A stretch of DNA of 64,000 bases from Raja brachyura (GCA_963514005.1 OY740819.1:23870001-23934000); one strand, 5' to 3'; positions 26,086-39,814 are shown, numbered from the stretch's first letter. The notes: generated from the letters alone by a model not told the origin. A program made the numbers and translations.

Positions 26086-27132
26086 CTCCTACGCTCCTTA
26101 GATGCTGCTGCACCCGCTGAGTTTCTCCAGCTTTTTGTGAACCCTCTACTATATCTGCCTCTTTCCTTGATCAGACTTTGCTGTCTTCACATTGCACTAA
26201 ACGTTATTTCCTTATCATGTATCTGTACATTGTAAATGGATCATGTAATCATGTATTGTCTTTCCGCTGGCTGGATAGCACGCAACAAAAGCTTTTCACT
26301 GTACCTCGGTACACGTGACACTAAACTAAACTCAAACTGAATTCTCCCAAAGCAGCATTGAATGTGGTCCCCTCTAACTGAATTACCAGCACTTGTGTGT
26401 TGTATCATAGAAACATAGAAAATAGGTGCCGGATTAGGCCATTTGGCCCTTTCAGCCAGCACCGCCATTCAATGTGATCATGGCTGATCATCCAAAATCA
26501 GTACCCCGTTCCTGCCTTTTCTCCATATCCCTTGATTTATTTAGCCCTAAGAGCTAAATCTAACACGCTTGAATACATTGTTGCCTGGCTGCTGATCCCA
26601 ACCAAGTCCCAAGCAATAATCAATATGGTTAAAGCTTGTGCATTAATTTCCCCTAAGGATGACCATCCACAGATTAAAGGCAGTTTGGGATCAGTCACTT
26701 CATTCCAAACTCCGAGATTACATTGTGAAGCCAGTTTTCATCCTGAAACGCACCATCATCACTGAGGGAGCAATGTGCACAACGTTGGGAAGCATTGCAT
26801 ACAGCCAGCTGTTTCACAACACATTGTAACAAGAAGGAAATGCCATTACACAGAGGTTGTTCATTTAGGATTATGTGGCAGTTCTGGCTAGCTGCACCTC
26901 CCTTGTTTAATTAGAAGGATTGGAGCCTTCAGCTTCACGTAATTAAATGCTGCAATGTTATTTCAAGATGTGTAGCGTGGTCCTGTGCCGAGCTACGAGA
27001 CCCAGAGTCACGTACAGTGCGAGAAGCAAGTGGGTGGTGCAGCGGGTAGAGCTGCTGCCTCACCACTCCAGTCTTTCACCCAGGGTATCTGAGCGATCAA
27101 GAACCAGAGAACATCGGCTTAAGATGAGAGGG

Positions 27133-27430
27133 TGGCACGGTGGCGCAGTGGTGGAGTTGCTGCCTCACAGCGCCAGAGACCTGAGTTCGATCCTGACTAC
27201 GGGTGCTGTCTGTGTGGAGTTTGTACGTTCTCCCAGTGACCTGCGTGGGTTTTCTCCAGGATCTCCGGTTTCCTCCCACACTCCAAAAACGTGCAGGTTT
27301 GTCAGTTAATTGGCTTGGTAGAAATTTAAGATTGTCCCTAATGTGTGTAGGATAGTGTTAGTGTGCGGGGATCGCTGGTTGGCGCGGACTCGGTGGGCCG
27401 AAGGGCCTGTTTTCATGCTGTATCTCTGAA
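27133..27430 (+). mobile_element. Full-length HE1-type V-SINE inserted into a CR1 fragment
   Basis: Complete SINE consensus interrupts '...AGAACATCGGCTTAAGATGAGAG | GAGGAAAGATTTATTAGGAACCTGAGG...' CR1 sequence. Confidence 0.85.
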
Positions 27431-28518
27431 CAAAAGAGGAAAGATTTATTAGGAACCTGAGGGGTAACCCTTTTTACACAATGGTGGTGGGTTTATGGAA
27501 CGAGCTGCCCGTGGAGGTAGTTGAAGTAGGTGCGATAACAACATTTAAAAGACATTTTGACCTGTTCATAGATAGGAAAGGTTTAGAATGAAACGGGCCA
27601 AATGCGGGCAGGTGGGACTGGTGTACATGGAGCATGTTGGTCAGCATGGGCAATCTGGGCTGAAGGGCCTGTTTCTGTGCTGTGTGACTCTGTGTGACCC
27701 CCCCCCCCCATGTGTTGTGTTGTGAGCTGGGCCTGTCTTTACAGTGAACTGGTTAGAGTATGTCCATCATCAGTAAAAGCTTGTCTTTTGCACCCAAGCA
27801 GGGATAACATCTCTGTACGGAGTTTGTATGTTCTTTTATGGGTTTTCTCCAAGATCTTCAGTTTCCTCCCACACTCCAAAGACGTTCAGGTTTGTAGGTT
27901 AATTGCCTAGGTTTCAATGTAAATTGTCTCTAGTGTGTGTAGGATAGTGTTAATGTGCGGTGATCGCTGGTCCGTGCAGACTCGATAGGCAAAAGGGCCC
28001 GTTTCCACGCTGTATCTCACAACTAAAATAAATCTCCCTCACCCCTCCTTCTGGGTGAAGACTGAACCCCACTCACTAATCCCCAGTCCCCTCCAACGAC
28101 GGAACTGTTTGATTGCTGACACTGGTTTATGTTCCACAAAGTCACCTCCATTACTCGAATGGGTTACTGCTTCATTAATTAGAGTTACATTCAAAATAAT
28201 TCACCAATCTCAATTACCATAAGCAAACTTGGAAAACTGTGATAAGGCAGGGATCTAATGTTTAAATTACCCTGCCTGCAAATTGAAAATGTCAAATATA
28301 TATTTTCAATTATACCAACGTTTGCTTGGCCTTACTGTTTTACATAAACGTTGTAATTCCGATGGGGATGATGTTGGGAATCAGGAGAATAGGAGCAATG
28401 CAAGTTTCCCCCACGTTGTCCATGTTGAGACCAGACAACATGAGCCGAGATGCTGCTAACTTCATCGATGGCATCACACCAAAGCAAGAGGGATATAGGG
28501 CGAACACTGGCCGAATGG

Positions 28519-28661
28519 GGGATGTGGAAGATTGCAACCTTCACGTGGTCCGCCCCGTGTCGACAAATGCAATCAACTCGACGTGCACAAACGGAAGATC
28601 AAATAGAACAAGTTGTCCTACAAGTTTAGGCCGTGCACGCCACACGCAAGAAGAAGAAGAA
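28519..28661 (+). mobile_element. ~140-nt short retroposon with HDV-like ribozyme fold, copy 2
   Basis: TSD GGCCGAATGG (28509-28518, 28662-28671); GATTGCA ACC TTCACGT GGT CCGCCCC GT GTCGA CAAA TGCAATC; 3' hairpin; (GAA)n tail. Confidence 0.85.
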
Positions 28662-29489
28662 GGCCGAATGGAATGGAATAAATGTAAATTCTCCCTAGTG
28701 TGCGTAGGATAGTGTTAATAGGGATCGCTGGTCAGTGCGGACAAACGGGCCGAAGGGCCTGTTTCAGAGCTGCATCTCTAAACTAAATTAGTATACAGGG
28801 GGATCGTCAGCCGGTGTAGACTCGATGGGCCGAAGGGCCTGTTTCGGTGCTGTTTTTCCAAGCTGGAATTTAACACGTTATTGTCACATGTGACAAGGCT
28901 TAGTGAGATTCTTTGCTTGCATGACCTTTACAAGTAGCGGCCACATAACCGGCACTTTTATTCTTCACCCCCCCACAGCGGTCCCCCCACGCTGGGTCCT
29001 TCATTGTTCTTCCCCCCCTCACTCACGCCAGTACCCCGACACTCTCATCGAGCGTAAACCGCGGGGCGCCCCGCGAGGTCTCACTGCCGCCGACGCCCCA
29101 CTTCACGTGTCCATCTCATTCATCACTCAGCGCCATTGTTGGCCACCACACAGACCTCCCCACAATGCTGGGAAAATGGGACCGGTTTAGAGGGGCCAGC
29201 ATGGACAAGCTGGGCCGAAGGGCCTGTTTCCATGCTGCACGACCCTATAATTGTTATATCTTTCTATTTCGTGTTCCCTTATTCCTTCCCTCCACCTTTC
29301 TTTATGTGTTTACCATTTCTGCCTTTCTCTCTTTAAATAGTACACACAATTATTTATTAAGTATATAAAATGATAAGAGGCATAGATCGAATAAACAGTC
29401 AGAATCTTGTTTCCCCAAGGTGGAAATGTCCGGCACTACAGGACGTAGCTTTAAGGTGAGAGGGGGAAAGTTTAAAGGAGATGTGCGGG

Positions 29490-29702
29490 GCAGATGCTGG
29501 TTGAAACCGAAGATAGACACAAAATGCTGGAGTAACTCAGCGGGACAGGCAGCATCTGTGGAGAGAAGGAATGGGCGATGTGTCGGGTCGAGACCGTTGT
29601 GCATGGCTGAAGAAGGGTCTCGACATGAAACGTCACCCATTCCTTCTCTCCAGAGATGCTCCCTGTCCCGCTGAGTTACTCCAGCATTTTGTGTCTGTCT
29701 TC
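29490..29702. mobile_element. Palindromic dimer of the Penelope-associated short element inserted in a CR1 fragment
   Basis: AGACACAAAATGCTGGAGTAACTCAGCGGGACAGG...mirrored by ...CCTGTCCCGCTGAGTTACTCCAGCATTTTGTGTCT, with a hammerhead-like core at the centre. Confidence 0.8.
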
Positions 29703-29803
29703 TGTGCTGTTCTATGTTCGATGTTCCTTCACACTAAGAGCAGCATTCTCTTCCACGAATGCAGATGCTATTATAAATTATTTTAATTTTTAATCAGTCA
29801 GTG

Positions 29804-29817
29804 GTTGCCTTGGTAAC
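29804..29817. promoter_or_regulatory. RFX X-box motif
   Basis: GTTGCCTTGGTAAC in a unique segment. Confidence 0.4.
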
Positions 29818-30099
29818 ACGATCATGCAGTAATATGGCCTGTCAGGTTGTGGCCCAGGTTCAGGCATGCTGTTGTGTAATAGACTCCTCCTGTATGGAGC
29901 CCAGCACTATTCACCAAGCTCCTCTCTGCAAAATAACCTGCTCTTGAATTATGCATGCTGAGCACTAGGCATGGAAAACATCCTGCAAATCCCCTCAGTC
30001 TCAAATTATTTTCATTTAGTGTTTACGTCCCTTGTTCCCGGGCAGCCCACACACTCGGGCACAGTGTGTGACCGCTACCCATTGCACTGAGGAACATTA

Positions 30100-30458
30100 C
30101 CTTAACGGATTGGACAGGGTAGATGCAGCAAAAATGTTCCCCATGTTGGGGGAGTCCAGAACCAGGGGTCACAGTTTAAGAACAAGGGGAGGGCCATTTA
30201 AGACTGAGATGAGGAGAAACTTTTTCACCCAGAGAGTTGTGAATCTGTGGAATTCTCTGACACAGAAGGCAGTGGAGGCCAATTCATTGGATGTTTTCAA
30301 GAGAGAGTTAGATTTAGCTCTTAGGACTCACGGAATCAAGGAATATGAGGAAAAATCAGGAACCGGGTACTGATTCTGGATGATCAGCCATCATCATATT
30401 GAATGGCAGTGCTGGCTCGAAGGGCTGAATGGCCTACTCCTGCACCTATTTTCTATAT
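30100..30458 (+). mobile_element. CR1/HER1-type LINE 3' fragment
   Basis: 'GLDRVDA.KMFPMLGESRTRGHSLR...RRNFFTQRVVNLWNSL' plus 3' UTR. Confidence 0.85.
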
Positions 30459-31764
30459 TTCTGTTTACTCTCATCCCGCGAGAGACGTGACTAGCACAGA
30501 GCAGCACGGTGGCACAGCGGGTAGAGCTGCTGCCTCACAGCGCGAGACCAGGGTTCGATCCCAACTACAGGTGCTATCTGTACGTTCTCCCCGTGACCTG
30601 CGTGGGTTTTCTCTGGGATTTCCGGTTTCCTCCCACACTCCAAATACATACAGATTTGGAGATTAATTGGCTTGGTATCAGTGTCAATTATCCCTAGTAG
30701 GATAGTGTTAGTGTGCGGGGACTCAGTGGGCCGAAGGGCCTGTTTCCGCGTTGTACCTCTAAATTAAACTAAAGCAACCGTGCAGCCTGCTAGCATCCTC
30801 CATGTTGCGGTCCGCATCAGGAACCTTTTCCCAGCGCAGTCTCTCTCTGCCCTCTGTCTCTCTTTGCAAGCTCATTGCCATTGAACTGCAGAAAGATTTG
30901 TAGAGTATAGAGTCATAGAATCTCACAGCACAGAAACAGGCCCTTCAGCCCATCTTGCCCGTGCCGACCAACATGCCCCATCTACACATGTCCCACCTGC
31001 CTGCGTTTGGCCCATATTCCTCTACACCTTTGTCCAGCAGTTCTGTTTTCCGTACCTGGACATCTAACAGTTCGGAAGGCAGTGTCATGTTTGTCTCAAA
31101 CGTGTTTTTGAAGGATTAACATGATTGTGTGAGTAGTTGGTGTTGCCAAGATATCAGAACACGGCTAGAAAGGTCATCTGTTGTTTCCATTGCAGTTTTA
31201 TTCTGAGCTGACACTCCAGTTTAATCACAAACCTGGTGGAATCTGATTTCACAGACATTGCAAGGGTCAGAACAAGCCTGTGGGTGAAGGCAAAGTTCCA
31301 CGTCTCCTGTCCACCTCTGCTGCCAATTACTGTAGATCCACCCCCTCTGCTCACTTGCCCATGACCCTGTTACACACCCGTTCCCCACACCTGCACTGCT
31401 GCCTCACAGCGCCAGAGACCCGGGTTCGATCCTGACTACGGGTGCTGTCTGTACGGAGTTTGTACGTTCTCCCCATGACCTGCATGGGTTTTCTCAGAGA
31501 TCTTCGATTTCCCCCCCACACTCTAAAGACATACAGGTTTGCAGGTTAATTGGCTCGGCAAAATTGTAAATTGTCCCTAGTGTGTGTAGGGTAGTGTTAG
31601 TGTGCGGGGATCGCTGGTCTGTGCGGCTCGGTGGGCTGAAGGACCCGTTTCCATGCTGTATCTCTAAACTGACCTAAACAAAAAAACCTCAGAGGCTGCT
31701 TTACCTGCAGAGTCCCCAAATACAGGTACCCGACACCATACAGGTGCTGCCCGCAGGTACACAA

Positions 31765-32650
31765 CACCACCCACAAGGGTCCACAGGGCTCGGTGCTGGG
31801 GCCTCTACTCTTCACGATTGTATATTAAGGATTTGGACGAGAGATTTGAAGGCATTGTTGCAAAGTTTGCAGATGATATGAAAATATGTGGAGGGGCAGG
31901 TAGTGCAGAGAAAGCAATATGATACTTCATACTTACTCCAGAAATCGGAGCTGCAAGGGTGGTGGTGCAGGATTCCCAAAAAGTTAATTTGCAAGTTGAA
32001 TTGGTAGTAAATAAAGCAAACTCAATGCTAGTATTTATTACAAGAAGGCCTGTCTCCACAATCAGCGATGTCATGCTGAGGCTCTATAAGGCGCTGGTCA
32101 GACCACATTTGGAATATTGTGAGCAGTTTTGGGCACCATATCTGAGGAAGGATGTGCCGGCTCTGGAGAGGGTCCAGAGGAGGTTTACAAGAATGATCCC
32201 AGGAATGAGTGGATTAACCTATGATGAGCGTTTGTCGGCACTGGGCCTGTACTCGCTGGAGTTTAGAAGAAAGAGGATGAACCTCATTGAAACGTACAGA
32301 ATAATGAAAGGCTTGGATGTGGAGAGGATGTTTCCACTAGTGGGAGAGTACAGGACTAAAGGTCATAGCCTCAGAATTAAAGGACGTCCTTTGAGGAAGG
32401 AGATGAGGAGAAATGTATTTAGTCAGAGGGTGGTGAATCTGTGGAATTCTTTGCCACAGAAGGCTGTGGAGGCCAAGTCAGTGGATATTCTTGGCAGAGA
32501 TGGATAGATTCTTGCTTAGTACATGTGTAGGAAGTTTTGGGGAGAAGGCAGGAGAATGGGGTTGGGAGGGAGAGATAGATCAGCCACGATTGAATGGCAG
32601 AGTAGATTTGACGGGCCAAATGGCCTAATTCGACTCCTATCACATGATCT
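31765..32650 (+). mobile_element. CR1/HER1-type LINE RT and C-terminal fragment (degenerate)
   Basis: 'PQGSVLGPLLF' (CCACAGGGCTCGGTGCTGGGGCCTCTACTC), 'KFADD', and ORF 31959-32507 'LYKALVRPHLEYC.QFWAP'. Confidence 0.9.
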
Positions 32651-33349
32651 AATGACCACACAGGGGGCCAGTGGAAGGTAAGGATTTCATTGGGTCATCC
32701 ATATTCAGGATCAATTGGAAAACTGAAGGGAAAACACAATGTAATTAAAACAGTCATTAACTTGCAATCTTTCTTTTATTCATGATTTAAAAAAATTTAA
32801 TTTGTTGACAACACCAATTTGTAAATAAGTTAGCATGATATCAGAGTGTAGGCGTGTAGGAGTAGAACAGAGACCATCGAACTCAGTGCAGCACAGGAAC
32901 AGGCCCTTCGGCCCACAATGTCCATACCAAACAAAGCCGTTAAACTAATCTCAGCCTGCACGTGATCCGTATCCCTCCATTCCCTGCATAGCCACGTGCC
33001 CGTTCTAAAAGCCTCTTAAACACCACTATCGTATCTGCCTCCACCACCAGCTCTGGCAGTGCGTTCCAGGCACCCACTATTCTTTGGGTAAAAACATACC
33101 CCGCACATCTCCATTAAACTTTCCCCCTCTCACCTTAAAGCTGTAATCTCTAGTCTTTGGCATTTCCTCCTCAGGGAAAAAGGTTCTGACTGTCTACCCT
33201 ATCTACGACTCTCATGATGTTATATATTTTTATCAGGTCTCCCCTCAGTCTCGAAAACAATCCAAGTTTGTCATTTCACCAGAGATGCTACCTGACCCGC
33301 TGAGTTACTCCAGCACTATGTCTTTTTTTGTAAACCAGCATCTGCTTCA

Positions 33350-33782
33350 TGTTATGGGAACAGAATTAGGCCATTCAGCCATTCAAGTCTACTCCATCAT
33401 TCAATCATGGCTGATCTATCTTTACCTCCCCACCCCATTCTCCTGCCTTCTCCCCATAACTCCTGACACCTGTACTGATCAAGAAACTGTCAATCCCTGC
33501 CTTAAAAATATCAATTGGTGGCCTCAAAAACCTTCTGTGGCAATGAATTCCATAAATTAACCACCCGTTTACTAAAATAAAATCCTCCTCATCTCGTTCC
33601 TAAAAGTAAGTAATTTTATTCTGAGGCTGAGACCTCTGGTCGTAGACACTTCACGAGTGGCAACATTCTTCTAAACTCCAGCAAGTACAGGCCCAGTGCT
33701 GACAAACACTCATCATATGTTAATCCAATCATTCCTGGGATCATTCTTGTAAACCTCCTCTGGACCCTCTCCAACGCCAGCG
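33350..33782 (-). mobile_element. CR1/HER1-type LINE 3' fragment
   Basis: Reverse complement of the same family as 32150-32640. Confidence 0.8.
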
Positions 33783-33817
33783 CAAGTTCCATGTTTCTAG
33801 ACAGAAACTGAGGCCTG

Positions 33818-34137
33818 GTTTAGTTTAGAGATACAGCGCGGAAACAGGCCATTCGGCCCACCAAGTCCGCACCGACCAGCGATCCCCGCACATTAACACT
33901 ATCTTATCGACACACACTAGGGACAACGTACATTTATACCAAACCAATGAACCTACAATCTTGTGTGCCTTTGGAGTGTGGGAGGAAAATGAAGATGTGG
34001 AAGAAAACCCACGCAGGTCATTAGGAGAACGTTCAAACTCCCCACAGACAGCTCCTGTAGTGGGGATTGAACCCTGGTCTCAGGTGCTGCAAGCGCTGTA
34101 AGGCAGCAGCTCTACCCGCTGCGCCACCATGCCGCCC
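33818..34137 (-). mobile_element. Full-length HE1-type V-SINE. Other copies: 10165-10455, 30504-30772, 31395-31680, 36845-37135, 38000-38240, 39040-39240, 45245-45505, 54432-54635
   Basis: Matches the V-SINE consensus seen at 5128-5433. Confidence 0.85.
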
Positions 34138-37100
34138 ACTTGAGGACAAGTTAATTTTTCTGGCCCTCACCCGATGTCAGGAAGACAAAGGAAGTCTGAA
34201 GATGCAAGAAATAATTGGTAAATCATTTCAATAAACAGCCTGTGCAGAGGACTTGACACCAGTTGACTGCCTTTAAGAATTAATTTATAGGCGATTAGAG
34301 ACATTAGCAGCAATTATGTGAAGGTACCCTGCTCCTCTCAGTCCCAACAGAAATCTTCAATGGTCTGAAGAAGGGTCTCAACCCATTCCTTCTCTCCACA
34401 GATGCTGCCTGCCCCGCTGAGTTACTCCAGCATTTTGTGTCTATCTTCGGTGTGAAGCAGCGTCTGCAGTTCCTTCCTACACACCCCGTCCGCTCCACTG
34501 CAAAATCTCCTCTAAGAATGTCTACTTTGAAGAAGTTCTCTTTGACGAGGGTTCAGCAACATCCTCTCTCGCTGCTCCCCTATGTGATTCCTCCTTCCTT
34601 CCGACTCTATGACCATGTTTTAACCCAGACGCGCTACTCTTCAATAATGTCTTGGACTAAAGCCACCCCCCCCCCCCCCCCCGCCCCGCCCCCCACTTCA
34701 TGTCACTGTCACCACAAACAAATGTCACCGAGCTCCAGATGAAGTTTATTTTACTTATTCATGCTCGGAACAGACAACATTAAACAGTACAGAACAGGAA
34801 CAGGCCCTTCGGCCCACAATGTCCATGCTAACCATGATGCCAAGTTAAACTAATCTCCTCTGAATGCAGTTTCCTCTCACAGTCCAAAGACATACAGGTT
34901 TGTAGGTTAATTGGCTTGGTATAAATATAGCAATGATATACATAAATATCAGAAATATAAATTATTTACCAATGTGCGGGGATCGCTGGTCGGTGCGGAC
35001 TCGGTGGGCCGAATGGCCAGTTTCCGCTGAGCATCTCAAAACTAAAAAAATCTGAATTGTTTGGATAGCTTACAAAACAATGCTTCTCATTGTACCTCAG
35101 TGCATGTGGCGACAATCAGCCGAAACCTACACCTTAAACCCAAAACATGTTGAACAAGGTGCTAATCATTTCCGGGCCCGGTGTCTCTCAGCCCATATAT
35201 CTGTCTCCAGGGTCAGGACTAGATATAGGGGAAAGGTCTGTGAACAGGAAGCAATCCCAACCCAACCTCAATACATCTCCAACACTGACATTTGTCAAGG
35301 TCACAGCTCCGTGCATTATCTGCTGCAATCACTGACAGCAACGCAGTAAAGATAATGCCAGGTGTTATTTATTATGGAGCGATCTAGCTTACAGACTCAT
35401 TGCTGTCACCTCTGGAGCATCTGTGATTGATTTGGTTCATAACTCTGAAATTATATGCTCCACCGTGCCGTGACATAAACCTTGCTGGAGCAGGTCCCAC
35501 AGCCCTGGCTCTGCGTACTGAGAGGGTGAAACTATCCGGTGTTCATTAGGGCATTAGTCAGGAGTAGAATTAGGCCACTCGGCCCATCAAGTCTACTCCA
35601 CCATTCAATCTTGGCTGATCTACCTCTCCCTCCTAACCCCATTCTCCTGCCTTCTCCCCATTCTTGTAAATCTCCTCTGACGTGGGAGGTTACTGACTCC
35701 CTGGTGCTTGCAGCAGTGGAGACACACTGGGGTTTTCCACAAACTAGGAGGTCTTGAGAAAACGTCCAAATTAATGTAAGAGTAATGGCCATTGATGCAA
35801 CATCAGAAATTTACTACTTAGTTCATATAAAGCTACCTCATCCAACTAATAATGGTTACATATCATTGCAGACAGCAGTCTGAATTAATTAATAATTGTT
35901 AAACCATTGTGAAAATTGGGCATAAATTGTCTTCCTTATTAAAGGAGGGAGTTTGGTGCAGGTGTCTTTAGTAAGGAGCAGGAATAAATGAGTTGAACAG
36001 ACACTTGTTCTTCACAGCAGAGTGTAAGGGTGGGTCACGGTTAGGTAAACCTTTCTATTCCCTGCCCTCAGTAATGCAGGAACATAAATAAAGCAAGCAG
36101 CCAGCTCCTGCTGCCCGTTTTGTCATTCAGTAAGCTCATGGCTGATCTTTGATCTGAGCACCATTTTCCCAGTTCCCATATCCTTTCATCATCTTAACGT
36201 GCAAAACTGATGCAGCTTTACAGGACTTTGGTGAGGCCACATTACAGTCCGGTTGACACAGCACAGAAACTGGCCCATCTTGACAAGCTGAACAAGATGC
36301 CCCAACTATACTCGTCTCACCTGTCCACGTTTGGCCCATAACTCTCTAAATCTTTAAAAACAAAAAAGTACTGGAGTAACTCAGTGGGTCAGGCAGCATC
36401 TGTGGGGAAGATGAATAGGTGACGTTTCACAGAGTGCTGGAGTAACTCAGTGGGTCAGGCAGCATCTATGGAGAACATGGATAGGTGACGTTTCAGGTTA
36501 GGACCTTTTTGTTCAGATGGATGCTAAGGGGAGGGGCCGCCACTAGTTTCCTCTAAAGTCCAAACCCTTTCAGTTTCTCCCCATCTAAAGAATAGTGCAC
36601 TCCAGTAGTCTGCACCTTTCCTACTGAGGACATAACTCCCCAGGAGTGTACATGCACCACCTTGCTCTATAACGGATGCTGTCTTCATTAACGTTTAAGA
36701 AAGAACTGCAGATGCTGGAAAAATCGAAGGTAGCCACTAATGCTGGAGAAACTCAGCGGGTGAGGCAGCATCAATGGAACAAAGGAAATAGGTGACCTTT
36801 CCAGGTCGAGACCTTTCTTCGTTTGTTTGTTACTTAGTTTAGTTTTGTTTTTAGTTTAGAGATACAGCACGGAAACAGGCCCTTCAGCCCATCAAGTCCG
36901 CACCGACCAGCGATCCCCACACGTTAACACTATCCTACACACACTAGGGACAATTTAACATTGACACAAAGCCAATCAACCTACAAACCTGCACGTCTTT
37001 AGAGTGTGGGAGGAAATCGAAGATCTCGGAGAAAACCCACGCAGGTCACTGGGAGAACGTACAAACTCGTAGTCGGGATCGAACCCGGGTCTTTGGAGCT

Positions 37101-39814
37101 ATGGCAGTAGCTCTACCTGCTGCGCCACCGTGCCACTATGTACTTATATGTATATTTCTTATTTCAGATAGATGTCCCCTTAGAGTAATGTTTCCATTGT
37201 CATTTTGTACCAGTAAATAATATTAATATATATATTATATATATTTTTGTTAAAGTAGTGTGGTCTGCCTGCTTGTACTGTTCTGTACATGGATGATATC
37301 TCAGTTCTTGTAGTCTGAACTCTCACAAGGGAAGGCAGGCATGTAAACACCATCTTTACCGGTCCCCAGTTGATGTGGAGAATTTCTGGCGCTTAGAGAA
37401 ATTTGGTTAACATTTACTAATCAAAATTGTGAGTCATGCTTCAAGGAGAAAGAGAAAGATGCTGACTCTACCAGTACTCTGTTGATTTCTGATGAGGATA
37501 AAACGCAAGGAACAGGCTCGGAAACTGAAACACAATGATTGTGGTTGTACAGAAACAGCCCACGTAACTGGATCTACATCAAGAGATTGATTAGCGCGCT
37601 GTCGGTGGTTATGGAGAGAAGGCAGAAGAATGGGGCTGAGATGGAAAGACAGGCGAGCCATGATTGAATGGTGAAGTAGACTTGATGGGCGGAATGGCCT
37701 ACTTGGAGTCATAGATTCATAGTGATACAGCATGGAAACAGGCCCTTCAGCCCAAAGTGCCCACGCAGACCAACATGCCCCATCTACACTAGTCCCACCT
37801 GCCCGCGTTTGGCCCGTATCCCTCCAAACCTGTCCTATCTATGCACTTCTGCTCCCAGAACTTTGAATACAGGCAGAAGCTAATGGATGGAGCCATTCCA
37901 ATCAGCTCCGAGCTCTGGAGACCACATTTCCACATAAATCTTCTGTATGCAACCGGTGATCTATTTTCCTATCTGCTTCCTGGTTTTGGTTTTTTACTTA
38001 GTTTAGTTTAGTGATACAGCACAGAAACAGGCCATTCGGCCCATCCAGTCTGCACCGACCAACAATCCCTGCACCTTAACATTATCCCACACACACCAGG
38101 GACAATTTACACTTATACCAAGCCAATTAAGCTACAGACCTGTACGTCTTTGGAGTGTGGGAGGAAATCAAAGATCTCGGAGAAAACGCACGCAGGTCAC
38201 GGGGAGAACGTACAAACTCCGTACAAACTCAGCACCCGTGGTCAGTATTTGCTCCTGACTAAGGCATACACAAGACATCCAGAACATCACTCCTTCAGGG
38301 TCCCAGTTCAGAATTATTGATTCCTTCTGATCAAAAATCAATCCAGTGATGCAGCCCTAAGCATGCAGCAGAATGCAATTTGAGTTTGCACCACCATCTT
38401 CCATTAGGGCCTAATAGAATTATGGAGGAAATGTATTAAAATTCCTGGTGCTCTCTGTGAGTGCGTCTCTTTAAAGCTGCAATTTGGCAGCATTATTCTG
38501 TGTTTAATTCACTGCTGCAGCTGCTGATGGATTAGCTGAAGTGGTTCTTTATCACTTCCCTGCCTGCTCCGTGGTGAGAAAATCTTCCATTTCTGCTCAC
38601 TATCTCACCTGCAGCCATTTAACTGGTAGTTATTCCCCTCCGCTGGCTGGCCCAAGGCTTTACTGTGCCCTCTCCTGATCTGTGTTAATCCTTCACAATC
38701 GTACAGCACGGAAACAGGCCCTTCAGCCCAACTCCTCAATGCTGACCAAGATGCCATATCTAAGCTTGTCCCATATGCCTACATTTGGCCCACATTGCTC
38801 GGAAGCTTTCCTATCCATGTACCTGTCCAAATGTTGTTATTGTCCCTGCCTCGACTACCTCCTCTGTCAGCTCGCTGCATACAACCACCACACTCTGTGT
38901 GAAAACGTTGCATTACTTAAACATTGGAATCAGATGTGAAGTTGTAATCGGGTCTTCACCCCAGAGCCCACACCTGTGCAATGGCCATTGTAGACCTACA
39001 GATGCTTGTGTAACAGGCTCATGTACAGTAACACTGTGAGACACAGCGTGGTAACAGGCCCTTCAGCCCATCGAGTCCACACCGACCAGCGATCCCCGCA
39101 CATTAACACTAGCTACACACACACACGGGAAAATATTTTACATTTACACCAAGCCAATTAACCTACAAACCTGTACGTCTTTGGAGTGTGGGAGGTAACC
39201 GAAGATTTCGGAGAAAACCTACGCAGGTCACGGGGAGAAGGTGTGAGCAGCATACACTGTGAGAAGTTTAAATAATATGTTCATAGAAAATCAAAGGTTG
39301 TCACATTGAGTTAGTGGATGTGTTGGAATGAAAGACTTAGTACTGCCACAGGGGTACAATAAATTTCAAATCTCTATAGTGCCGGACTATGTGGGTTTGG
39401 GTAGTAAACTCACAGCTGAAGCAGTGAATGATTCAGGCTAGGCTCAGGGAAGGGGAGCATGGGGACATGTCCTCAGATAGCCACAGGAGGTGGCTACACC
39501 TCTGGCACTCATTGGCCTGCTCCAGAGCAGGGAGTTGCCAAGTGACAGGAGACACAGAACTGGGGCAGAGAACAGACAATAAGACAGATACAGATCCAGG
39601 GAATAAAGTCCTCTCCTGCCCAACTCCTTCTACCTACGATACAATAGAACTTTATTCATCCCCAGATGGAAACTGGTCCGCCAACAGCCACAACACCAAC
39701 AAGGGAAAAAACTTGAACTTAAAATTAAATTATAAAGTTGAAAAAAATCACAACTGTTGTCTGGTTGCCATGTTCACAGCACCTTCACCAGAACGAACAA
39801 CCAAATGAATGAAT

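Noticed and set aside
38228-38247. RE1-like TCAGCACCCGTGGTCAG
   Set aside because: Part of the V-SINE reverse strand (CAGCACCCGTAGTC) with non-canonical half-site spacing.
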